From the NCBI GenBank assembly GCA_973895155.1, contig OZ316897.1:20029224-20093223 (forward strand): DNA of 64,000 bases, written 5' to 3'. The stretch is from Marsupella aquatica (Eukaryota > Plantae > Marchantiophyta). Numbering within the stretch: the first letter of the stretch is position 1; each line of letters opens with the position of its first letter. The translations under genes were made by a program, and so were the position numbers. Positions 25,248 to 36,479 of this stretch are shown in pieces. The notes under the pieces are model-generated. The model ran no database searches. It had not been told where the DNA came from and was given only the letters and a program-made list of their open reading frames with translations.

Positions 25248-25901
25248 ATGGCGTCTGCGTATGGGAAGATTGCCCGTCTGTCTTCAGGGGCTGCGGGAAG
25301 TCTGGCTGGAATACTGGAGAAATCACTGAAAGACAACACGGCGGTGCGAGTGTTCCACATTTCGCCGGAGGAAGAGCAAGGGACGATTTTCGCGCCTCGG
25401 TATCCTAAGTTGGTGAGCCGAATGCACACTCTCTTCAAGGCGGAAATCGAAGATGGCAACACTTACCCGCAGGAGGAGCTCCTTGACGAGGCTCAATTCC
25501 GTGCCTACTTCCTGGCATACGACGCATTCGTCGTGGTTCAGGTGACTACGACGAATGGTGGCGAGGGAGATCTTCTTCTGAACGACGGGAACGCTGACTG
25601 GGAAGCGAATTTGCTTGGCTTCTTCTACGTAAAACCTAATTTCCCTGGCCGTTGTTCTCATATTTGCAACGGCGGTTTCTTCACAGCACCAGAAGCTCGT
25701 AACCGCGGAGTGGGGCGTTGTATGGCGGAGGCTTTCCTTAAAGTGGCTCCGGCTCTGGGATACAGGTCGTCTACGTTCAACCTGGTGTTTGTGAACAATA
25801 CTGCCTCTGTGAAATTGTGGCAGTCGCTAGGATTTCGTGAGATTGGGCGGATTCCGAAGGCTGGTCGGCTCCAGATCACGATGCCTTGGGCCCTTGGGTG
25901 A
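25248..25901 (+). CDS. MPR1: GNAT acetyltransferase, fungal MPR1/Ppr1-like (L-azetidine-2-carboxylate N-acetyltransferase family), intronless
   Basis: EIEDGNTYPQE, LGFFYVKPNFPGRCSHICNGGF, ARNRGVGR (acetyl-CoA motif A), LGYRSSTFNLVFVNNTAS and LWQSLGFREIGRIPKAGRL match the yeast Mpr1 signatures. Confidence 0.85.
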   Translation: MASAYGKIARLSSGAAGSLAGILEKSLKDNTAVRVFHISPEEEQGTIFAPRYPKLVSRMHTLFKAEIEDGNTYPQEELLDEAQFRAYFLAYDAFVVVQVTTTNGGEGDLLLNDGNADWEANLLGFFYVKPNFPGRCSHICNGGFFTAPEARNRGVGRCMAEAFLKVAPALGYRSSTFNLVFVNNTASVKLWQSLGFREIGRIPKAGRLQITMPWALG

Positions 25902-26825
25902 AATTATAGTAGAACATGATAGCATCTACAAGCTCAGAAGATCGGCACCTCGGTACTCCGGTTTGACAGGAATTGGGAATGGGAATGCATGTATCAATTA
26001 TTTAATTGAAGTTCTCATATCTCGTGGTACCGATTTCTGTCGTCAATGTTTATGAATCGGACCTAAGTCCACCCGCAAGGACCTGCTTACAACACTGTGG
26101 AATGTACGGTTTAGAACAGTGCATGACACCGGAAGTGCATTAGAAGGCACGACTTTGAAGCAACCAGTTTTGCACATCTGCAGGCGCAAATCTGTTACAC
26201 TAACTAGGTCTAGACGATTTCCTGATCCAGCTGACTTTATGGAATTAGCAACGACTTCTGCGCATCCGCAGTACCACAGGTGAAAATCTATTACACCTAA
26301 CCGGGCATGGCGATTGCCTGATCCAGGACTTTACGGAATTGGGAATTGGGAATTCCTGTAACGTGTAGTGAGTGGCTCACCATGGTGAATCTCAGCCCCA
26401 GCAGGAAGCCGTGGCATGAGTAAAGGCTGCATGTTCAAGCTAGCGTAAGGATTACGTAACTCCAAACGTATTGACGGTAGAGAGGATCCAATACAAGGTA
26501 GATCCGAGAACGAGATTGGAGGCAGATATAGTTCCTTTCTTTCCTGACACTCCTTGTGGATGGAGAAGCTTAGTTCTTGGGGCGGAAAGGAGAGGTGCAG
26601 AACTGTTGGCAGTCTGTAGACATTGGTAGGAGTGCTGCTCGGGGCGTAACATTGCAGTTAGCAACCGTGGCCGCCATTTTGGGGTCTGGAAGAAGCAATA
26701 GGCACTAGTGGTCTCCCCACAGAATTTGCTCTGGGCCTCACAATCCAATTATCAAGAGTGGCCGCAATTTTTTAGTCTGGAAGAGCCACAAGCTAGCGAG
26801 ACGCAGCCTGCCAAGACCAACCAGC

Positions 26826-27097
26826 CCTCTGGCTGTCGATCAAATGTCTCTTTGGTGAGTGCACTTGACAGACTTGCAGCTGGGCAGCCCTTAGTGAGTG
26901 TGAATCTTTGGTGCCCTCTGGCTGTCGATCAAATGTCTTCTTTGGTGAGGGCACTTGACAGACTTGTAGCTGGGCAGCCTTTGGTGAGTGTGAATCTTTG
27001 GTGAGTGTACTTGACTTGCAGCTGGGCAGCCTTTGGTGAGTGTGAATCTTTGGTGAGTGTACTTGACTTGCAGCTGGGCAGCTTATGGTGAGTGTGA
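26826..27097. repeat. Nested tandem repeats (~89-bp and ~50-bp units)
   Basis: ccctctggctgtcgatcaaatgtct occurs twice; cttgcagctgggcagcct.tggtgagtgtgaa occurs four times. Confidence 0.85.
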
Positions 27098-27214
27098 AAG
27101 GCAGGGACGAGTGGGTATGCTAAACCCTGGATGCGCTGGTGTCTCACCCGAGCTCCCCAATAGCAGGGATACTATTTGCACTCAGTGGAGTGCCCTGGGT
27201 CTTTTGCCTTGAAA

Positions 27215-27510
27215 GTAAAAAATAGACCCTTCCAACAGAGGAAAGGCATTCTACTTTGGAGGATGCTCCACTGGAGGGTAGCTTACAAGGGGGACTATAC
27301 TAGGGGATTCGTAAGGGACCCTGGTCACTCAAGGATTGCCACTTAGGGATCCGAAAGGGACCTTGGTCACTCTCAAGGATTGCCTTGAAATCCAAAAATA
27401 GACCCATCCAACAGAGGATAGGCGTTCTACTTTGGAGTATGCTCCACTGTCGGGTGGCCCACAAGGGGAGACATACTCAGGGATCCGAAAGGGACCCTGG
27501 TCACTCAAAG
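27215..27510. repeat. ~175-bp direct duplication with an internal agggaccctggtcactcaa repeat
   Basis: aaaaatagaccc.tccaacagagga.aggc.ttctactttggag.atgctccactg occurs at ~27217 and ~27394. Confidence 0.75.
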
Positions 27511-28979
27511 ATCCCACAGGACCCAGACCAGGAGGGAGAGAGTGTTGAACCAAGGCCCCAAAGGGGGCTAGCCAGGGGGTGAGGAGAAACCAGGAGTCCC
27601 ACCACTACACCCCCCATCCACACATGCACACGCAAATCCTCCACACCCCTTGTGTATGGAGGGGGGATTGACCCTGGCACCTCTGGGTTCTAAGCTCATC
27701 CGCTATTGCCATGGGTCTTTGTTTTCAACTTTTGTTCCCTTGCAAGGAGTGGTGGGTGGCCAGTAGAAAAAGTACATGTTTACATCGAGTTTGCCAAAGA
27801 GAAAACAAAGTACACCTTTCAGACGGGAATTATCATTCTAGGCTAGGTTTCCCTTCTCTCGTCAAAAATAAGGCTCATGGGGGCAGAGTGAGTAAGTTAT
27901 AGACTCATGGGGAGAGTAATAATAGATTGTCATGGGATCAAACAGCATCCGACACATTTAAAAAGAGGCTGGTGGGAGGCCAGGACATGCACGGGTTACT
28001 ACACAGTTGGGAATACAGCCGATGAATTTAACCCTTATACTTCTTAGACATGAGGTACGAAGGGAGATCCAAGTATTTCATCTTGTATTCAACTAATCCA
28101 AATGATGAGGATTTAGGGTATTCCATCTTGAATACTTGCAACCCATTTTTTTCTCTTGATCCAAATACAAGGAACTCCAAACGGGTCATTTTACAAGGCC
28201 ATTGAATACCAAGTTGGACCCAGGTATACAATTTTGTATTGAAACTATCAATTTGATGGGCAGGAGCGCATTGAACATTCTATGTGTAGCTTGAATACTA
28301 ACGTAGGTACTTGGTGTACATTTGTTCACCGAGTCCAAAACCCACGAATCCCAAAAATACAGTTGAAGACCAAAGTGAATTCAAGTATACATTTTTGTGT
28401 TCAAATATCAATTTGAGGGGTTCAAGGTTGTCAAACCTCCATTATCTTTTAAGTTTGAGCAGACTTAGATACTTGGATTCCATTTTTTCTCTAAGTCCAA
28501 AACATAAGGACCCAAAGTGCCCAAGTGAATGACTTGAATACAAGTATTCCCTTGTAATTCAAACTTAGTTCATTAGCATCCTATGATTTTTGTGAGCTTG
28601 TGTATACTCTCACCATTTATGTTCTTGTTTTCTGTTGGCCCCAAGTGCATTGGCCAAAGCGTCACAAACTCCTCTTTCTAATGGTATTAATTATAGGCAA
28701 TTTGGCTTAATAGCAAAGGTGACATGACTCTACTACCGACAGGGGATACTACTTATTTGCTCCAATTAAATCTTTCTTTCCTTTCCGGCTACCAAGGTTT
28801 GGATACCAAATCTTGGTATCAGTAAAACTTATTCACTCTCTTTTCTTTTGTCGTGAACTCTGAGGATGAATACCAGAGATCTGCAGATCCCACTTCTGAT
28901 TCATAAGAACAATTAAGCCTCGTTCCTCTCAAGACCCCAAAACTTTACCTTCGAATGTGAAATGGGCTCCGTGGATCCC

Positions 28980-29150
28980 ATTTCGGATTCCTAAGGAAGT
29001 CCTCAACTATCCACTTTTGAGGCCACATGCATGATTCTCGGATTCCCCAGGAAGTCCTGATTTAACCATTTTGAGGCCATGTGCATGATTCTCGGATTTC
29101 TCAGGAAGTCCTCATTTAACCGCTTTTGAGGCCATATGCATGATTCTCCC
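28980..29150. repeat. ~54-bp tandem repeat, 3 copies
   Basis: ttttgaggcca..tgcatgattctcggatt...aggaagtcct is repeated. Confidence 0.85.
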
Positions 29151-30898
29151 TGCTCTCCCAGGTTGACAAATGTGAATTTGTGGACTACACAAATTGCAGC
29201 CCCCATGAAAGTATAAAAACTGCATTCTCGGCTTGCCTGACGGTCTGTCAAGCTATCAAAAGATCGGTTTACTGAAGACAAGCCACAAGATTCGGCCACA
29301 ACCATGTAATTCAATCCCTTATTGCAACTTATCAAATTACAATCGAACCTCCTAGAATCCACTCTCTTAAAATACTTTTGTCTCTCATTCCAACTATTTT
29401 TACAGCTCTACTACGTCGCTTCTGCATAATCTTTGTAACCTTACAGAAGCCAAAGAACATATCAAGGGCTGCAGTTTGGATTACCTCGCGGGCTTGCACC
29501 TTGATCGTCAAAGATGCAGAAGGGAACTCTTGCTGTGGCTACCAAACAGAAAAGTCAAAAGCGTATTCGAGTACTGGTGATTCCCTTGCACACTTACACT
29601 GCTACAAATAGTTCAAGTAGTTTGATGTGATTGCTTGCTAATAAATCTCACAAACATGAAAGACGGACGAGTCCAACATGTTCCACCAAATTCTGTCACC
29701 TTCATTTACTTGGTCACTTAATTCCGTAGCACCATAGGCCTCGAATTTTCGATCTACAATTTTCAGATTGTAGATCGAGTTGAACATTGAGCTGTACTGT
29801 AATTAACATATGGCAAGTTTTGTGTCTCTAGACATACGAAAAATCTCATACCTACCAATCGACGCAATTGTCAGGAAGCGAAGTCAACAAGTCTGTTCGC
29901 CTGGCATCCATTTAGCAGATTTTGCTCCTTCTGCTCTAGTTATCACCTTTCAGAGGAGAGAGAACCTAAAAAGTTGTTGAAATCACACAACGAAACATCG
30001 ACAGTCTGGAAATCTGTCACTGGGCGGCCAAAACCGTACCTTTGAACTGGTTAGATGGTAATTTGGTGAACACAAATGGCCAACCTTCTCCTTTACCTAG
30101 GCGCTCCGATACGGAAACTACATCGCTGCTCTTCTGAACTTACATGGATAGTTCAGGCAACTGTAGTTGACTTGAAAGTACATCAGCAGATGCCAATGGA
30201 AAGCGACTAGAGACTAGAGTACCTTTCCCATCAAATGGACAAAGCTTGAAGGGGCAACTCAATATTTTCAGTCACTTCTCGATGCAGAAAGACACTTTGG
30301 TTGCTTTTCAGCTAGATATCTGACGTGGGACAGTGTGAAAAAAACAACCAGCTGTACGGCACAAAGGCACATAATTCTTACAACAAGAAGTTTGCTTTCA
30401 AATCCATGGTCAGCATGAGAGGAAAAATGCTTGTAGAGTGCAACAAGCTCTTTGATGTCCCACACTTCATATTCTGTCTCTCTGAAACTTCACCTTCACC
30501 ATTGTATACGAGAGGAGCAGCAAGGTAATGGCCACAATAACGACAGTTACTCCCTCAACAGCATTAGTAAAGGTGAGTCGTGAGGGCAAACTCTCCATGA
30601 ACCAAGGCATTCTTATTCCTGCTAACAAATATTACAAAGCTTCTCTCGAAATCCATCCATCCTTTGGCACATGAGATAAGCTCGAGAGTCAAGGAACTCG
30701 GGAAGGAAAGTCGAGGCCCTCAGAAGGGGTCGAGATCGATGTCGTCTGGAGGGGTGTCAATTGTGGCAGTATTAAAAGTGCTGAAGACATTCCTGAACAG
30801 CAGAGATGGTTCCAATACCTCGAGTGCTACAGTTTTTCCCGGACTCCAGAAACCTATTCCGACCTAAACTTTGCATGTATAATTGGGCCATCACCGAC

Positions 30899-31486
30899 CT
30901 AGGATAATTGGGCCATCACTTTGGCCAGCAACACAGATAGCATCTTAGCTTTCTCCGCATGAGGGAGTTCTTGAAAAACCAAGTATACAGCCTTTCCGCT
31001 GTTATCTCTAATTTTTCCCAGCCGGTATCCAGCGACAGCCCCAGCCAGGGATCCTGGAACGTTGCCAACTATAAATCCCAGGATAGCTCCGGCAGCTCCT
31101 CCTGCCAATCCATAAAATTTTCCCTGATTTAACTCATCATTAAGTCCTTGCTCAAACATCATCTCCTCAAAAATAGAGCCGAATTGCTCATTGGCTCTAG
31201 CACCCGTGTCTTGGGACGATGCATTACTAGACCAGGATCCGTATCCACCTGACGCAGCTTCTTCAGAAGAACGCTTTGAGTCATAGTCTCTTCGTCGGGA
31301 AGGATCAGAAAGGACGTAGTATGCATCGTTTACTTCCTGAAATCGAGCGGTCGCTTGTTCTTGTTCTCGGGATCCAACTGGAAGTCGGTCTGGATGCGTC
31401 TCTAGCGAACGGCGGCGATAAGCTTGCTTGATTTCCGAGGATGTTGCCGTCGGCGAGACTCCTAGCACCTCATACAAATCGGCCAT
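30899..31486 (-). CDS. J-domain (DnaJ type III) protein with a C-terminal glycine-zipper helix pair, intronless, fungal-like
   Basis: DLYEVLGV...IKQAYRRRSLETHPDR...FQEVNDAYYVLSDPSRRRDYD (intact HPD), followed by GGAAGAILGFIVGNVPGSLAGAVAGYRLGKIRDNSGKAVYLVFQELP. Confidence 0.9.
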   Translation of the reverse strand: MADLYEVLGVSPTATSSEIKQAYRRRSLETHPDRLPVGSREQEQATARFQEVNDAYYVLSDPSRRRDYDSKRSSEEAASGGYGSWSSNASSQDTGARANEQFGSIFEEMMFEQGLNDELNQGKFYGLAGGAAGAILGFIVGNVPGSLAGAVAGYRLGKIRDNSGKAVYLVFQELPHAEKAKMLSVLLAKVMAQLS

Positions 31487-32139
31487 TTGACCAGGGCAAG
31501 TCTTACCAGTCCTTGAGCGAAATCAACTTCAACTAACTGGAGCTTGCACTATCTAGTACAGACAAAGCCGCATCAAAATCGGTCGCAACTCCAACATTCG
31601 TAACCACAACTCTCCGCCTTTCTGTCGAGCTTCAAAACCTAAACCTATCTGTCAATCGGGCTTTCTACAAATTAAATCCTCTGTTCTCCGCAAACAACGC
31701 CTTGATCTATCTGAAGTTCGTGCTAATAAGAGTCTTCTTCCTCGATCCCCTAACACGCATCAACAACGTACCAGGCCAATGTCCACCTCTCGATCGATTG
31801 CCGAACAACTTTCACAACGTACCGGAATTGCTCTGCCGATTCGGCTCACTCCTCATCGACGAGAAATGGAAACTGCACCACTGTTTTGAAGCTCTGTCAC
31901 AGCCATTTCTCAGCACGATTTTCTTCGGCCGAATGCTATGAAATGAAATGAAATCCAACAGGTTGACAACTCTAGTCGCGATGCACCGAGAATTTCAAAG
32001 CAAAACTTCAACTCTGTTTACTCAGTATCTTCTATGGTTGCTTTCCTTTGACTTAACTTTTACGAAGGCAGAGCACACTTTAGTGCGGCCACCTGTCACC
32101 TGCAAATCGAACAATACAGTCGACCGTCCATAAGTGCAC

Positions 32140-32600
32140 CGTGTATAAGTGCATTTCGTCTGTAAGTGCAGGTTGGTCGTGTAGTCCCATAATATTAGAG
32201 CATTTTTCTTAGTAAATGCACCAAAGAGTGCACCATTGGTAAGTGCAAGGTTACGTCTCCACTACATGATAATATTAGAGCATTTTTCTTCGTAAATGCA
32301 CCAAAAAGTGCACTGTTTGTAAGTGCAAGTTGACATTGTCAGATTACATTGTAATATTAGAGCATTTATTTTCTTAAATGCATCAAAAAGTGCACCGTTT
32401 GTAAGTGAAAGTTTACTTCTCCACATTACATGAGAATATTAGAGCATTTTTCTTTGTAAATGCACCAAAAATTGCACTGTTTGCAAGTGCAAGTTGACAT
32501 TGTCATATTACACTGTAATATTAGAGCATTTTTCTTCTTAAATGCACCAAAAAGTGCACCGTTTGTAAGTGCAAGTTAACGTCTCCACATTACATGATAA
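32140..32600. repeat. ~81-bp minisatellite, ~5.5 copies, with alternating A/B monomers
   Basis: aatattagagcattt...aaatgcaccaaaaagtgcac.gtttgtaagtgcaag recurs at about 32191, 32271, 32353, 32435 and 32517. Confidence 0.9.
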
Positions 32601-33999
32601 ATACAGAAGTGCATTTCATCCATGTCAGGGGCAAATCTAGCTAGATAGACCAAAATGCATTGCTAGATGGGACCCCAAAATCTCTGTTAGTGCAGTACAT
32701 TTGTTAGAAGCATTTATTGATAAGTGCAGTGGACAACTACACACTGTAGTTTCATGCACTAACTGAGGTGAATCGTTGCTCTATGAGGGTTTGGGGTAGA
32801 AGTCCAACATGTATGACCTGACAAGACATATGCATAAGTGCATAAGCAATTTTACATGCCCAGGACTGCCAACCAGAAGATTTGAAGTGGCTCAAACCAC
32901 AACTTGCCCTATATAAGGGGAAGTGTCCAAGACCTCCCCCTTTTTCCACATTTCAATCACTCTTTTCCTCTAGCATGCCAGTTTGCTCCACAATTTCAGG
33001 AAAAATCTATTTTTAATGTTAACTGAAGGTAATCCGTAGCTTTTGAAGGGCAGTTGTGGTTTAAGTGGCACGCAAACACCCACCGTCCTAACTGAATGGT
33101 TTCAATCTTGGGTCCTACTTGTGACCGGATGAGGTTGGACGTCAAGGATGTTGGACCTTCCATGGTCCCTTGCTGCCAAAAGGACTCCATGGAACATATA
33201 CAGAGTAGGGCCCATCTGGCCCATGAGAAACTTAGTGGACAATGGCAGTTTAAATGGGACTTCAAAGCAACCTAATGCTCTTGGAGTCCAACACCTCCCA
33301 AAATGTAAAGCACCTTGGCTTTATGTGGACAAACACAAGAAGCACACATCTATATGCAAAACTCCAATGGACACAAACGAAATGTTTGAATTTCTCACAC
33401 AACTCAATTTAGACTTCTATTCCAAAGAAGACATGTAACTATATGCATTTGACCAGTAATATGAGGTTTGCAGTGCATTCCTTAGCCACACGCCATAGGC
33501 AAAAAAACTCCACATTTGTAGGTGGAATTTTGGATTGTCCCAAATGTTTAACATGAACGGATGGACACACACACCCATATGAACACAAACAAATCATTGA
33601 CATTTATACGAATAGCACATTTTACACTTCTGTCCCACGCATGACAGTTTGCAATTTTCCATAATTGATTAGGTTCTTGACAATGCAACCCCAAAAACTG
33701 AGGAAGAGGAAAAAGGAAAGAAAAAAAAAGGACTTTACTTTGTACTTAGTGAAACAAAACTTCAAAGTGAGATTAAAATAGGATATGTTCAATGCCATAT
33801 ACACATTCTTAGCTAAAAACGCTTAGGCCTCCCCAATTGCATAGTGCATACATGGCTCTAGGGAAGATAGGTAGCTCCCAAAGTATATCACGGGGCTCTC
33901 AAACTCAGTATTGACTCAAATTCCCACGCAACAAGTTTGAACACATCTTATGATATTAACTAACTTCTCCTTATAACAAGAAGTTTGCTGGCTTTAGCC

Positions 34000-34024
34000 G
34001 GGGGGGGGGGGGGGGGGGGGGGGG
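34000..34024. repeat. Poly-G tract (~24 nt)
   Basis: Directly visible; it lies at the left edge of the putative organellar insert. Confidence 0.9.
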
Positions 34025-34700
34025 TGGACCTTAGAGAGAGGCGCTACGTAGGTAATCCAACAACACTTTAAACTTTAAAAAATCCATGAAAAAATGAAAG
34101 GCTCGGACAAGTCCAGTACGCGCTGCCGTTCCGCGTACGGGAGGTAGCTTAAAGGAAAGTCTTTTCTTAATGGATGACCCTCAAAACCATAATCTTTTAA
34201 TATACGTCTAGTCTTTGATGAAAAGGTTATGTCAACTTCACTCAACACCCAATTGTTATGTGTTTAAGGCCCGAAACCGTTGGCCCTTCCTCATACAAGC
34301 CAGAGGAGAACTCTGCCACATCATGAGACGTAAGATCTGGGACAAAAAACTGATAAAACTCATTAGTGGCGGATTAGAACGTTTTCGGAGCCTGCCGCCG
34401 GGCCATCGTCCGACGCACCAGCAAAGCCAAAGAAGTATCCTTCGTACCTCTGCCTTCGTCGAGTGGCTCCGGAAAGTACCTCTGATCTTCTATATGCTTT
34501 TGTAAGACGACCCTAACCCAGACTTGTAAAGTTTCCCAGCCCAAGAAACCTGGCTGGATAGCCGAATCCGGAGTAGAGCGCGCAGGACTTCTTATAGATG
34601 GACACAACTTTCCACAGGGAAGAGCGCTTGTTCACGAATGAATAGTTCTTTGGCGGTTAGACATCCTTCGACGAAAGAGTGGTCCTGACTGTGAGACTTA
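34025..34700 (+). pseudogene. Degenerate group II intron RT/maturase fragment, probably a NUMT
   Basis: ORF 34215-34505 contains [10 protein letters not shown] (cf. SYGFRPGR), HIMRRKIWDKKLIKLI (cf. ILRRKIxDxRFIxLI) and QSQRSIL (cf. PQGSIL), in the correct order. Confidence 0.55.
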
Positions 34701-35514
34701 CTAGTCGAACAGAGACGAAGTTACAGTTAAAATTATGCGGCAGTCACCGCTCACTGTCTAATTCATGTGGACCATGGGAGAAAAGCATGCTTGAAGACTG
34801 CAACAAGCTAGTATTGTACTTGATGTCCCAAACTTCACATTCTGTCACTTTGAAACGTTTCTGTATAGTGCATGTACATTTGCAATTTTCCATAATTGCA
34901 AAGGATCCCTAGGGAACATAAATAGCTCCCACAGTATAGTACAAGGCTCTACAACCCATGTTGTGTAAAATTCTCACTGAAGAAAGTGTGAACACATAGT
35001 ATGGAATTAACTTACATCTTCCTGCACTTCACAAACAGGGTCACCATGGAAGAAAAACCTGCTTGAAAACTGGAACAAGCTACTAATGTTTTTGATGTCC
35101 CAAACTTCACATTCTGCCACTTTGAAACGTTTCTGTGACACAGGATTGTATTCGAGGCTGAACATTGGAGCAGGAGGCTAAGCCACAATAATTAAATACA
35201 GCTGCTACTCCAATCAAAAGCCTTTGTAAAAGTGAATTCTGAGTGCAAATTGTCGGTGAACTCCAATTCTGTGAACTGAAATTCCTGCTTCCAAACGCAT
35301 TCACCCTTTGGCAGGTGAGCTGAGCTCGAGATCGAAGGTCATGGCGAAGGAAATTGAGAACGAAAGTCGAGCCTTGAGAAAATGGCTTCTGGAGCGGTGT
35401 TAATTGAACGTGCTGAAGGTAGACAATCATTCCTAAACAGCAGAGATCGTTCCAGAACCTCGAGTGCTGCTTCCCGCACTACGAATTCTTATTCCGACCT
35501 AAACCTTGCATGTA

Positions 35515-35940
35515 TTACTTCGTGCCTCTGTCTGAGAAGTAATAGGACGCGAAGCTGGCCAACCCTCCAACATGTTTGGCTTTCTCCGCATGAGGGAGCT
35601 CGTGAAAGACCTCGGATACAGGCTTTCCCGTGGTATCTCTGATGTTTCCCAGCCAGTATCCACCCGCTGCCCCAACCACAGCCCCGGGAATGCTCCCAAA
35701 TATGTATCCCAGGACAGCACCGGCAGCTCCTCCTGCCACTGCGAAAACTCCACCTCGAGAAGAACGCTTCCGGTCATAGTCTCGTCGTCGGTCAGGATCA
35801 GACAGGATTTTGTATGCATCTTCTACTGCCTGCAATCGGCCTGGAGGCGTGTCCAGCGAACGACAGCGATAAGCTTCCTTGATTTCCGAAGCTGTTGCTG
35901 ACGACGAGACTCCGAGCACTGCATACAGATCGGCTGCCAT
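35515..35940 (-). pseudogene. Diverged tandem paralog of the J-domain gene (HPD lost, internal deletions, C-terminal frameshift); pseudogene or J-like protein
   Basis: DLYAVLGV...IKEAYRCRSLDTPPGRL; the Gly-zipper/IRD/VFHELP block is retained. Flanks are also homologous (~30655-31865 versus ~35300-36330). Confidence 0.8.
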
Positions 35941-36479
35941 TTGACCAGGGCAAGGCGTACCAGTATGTGAAAGAAATTGACTCCAATTCGACTTGAGCTC
36001 GATGCCGCCTGGCTAACGTAGCTAGTGCAGACAACAACGCACCAAATCAGATCTTTCCGTCGTTTGTCGAGCTTGAAACGCCTAGATCGATCTGTATTGC
36101 GGGTTTCCTACGAGTAAATCCTCTGTTCAACGGAAAAAAACGACTTGTTCGATTCCTAGAATGCGCCTTGCTGACAATTTCCTAACACTTCAATTCAGCG
36201 TTGTCTTCTTGAATCCTTTAACACGCATCACTCATGTACCCGGCCATTGTCCTCCTCTCGATCGATCTTAGAACAAGTTCTGCTTTCTACTGCGCACTGC
36301 AGTCTATGCTCAATGCTCATCGACGAAACGTGTTACAGCAACACCACCATTATTTTAAGTGCAGCAGCCAAACATTCGACATTATCTAGTCAAGGTGGCT
36401 TTACGGGAGGGGCACCGTTTTCTTTTGTACTAGCTCAATACCCTCAAAAGCTCAATACCCTCAACAGTTATTACTAAAC

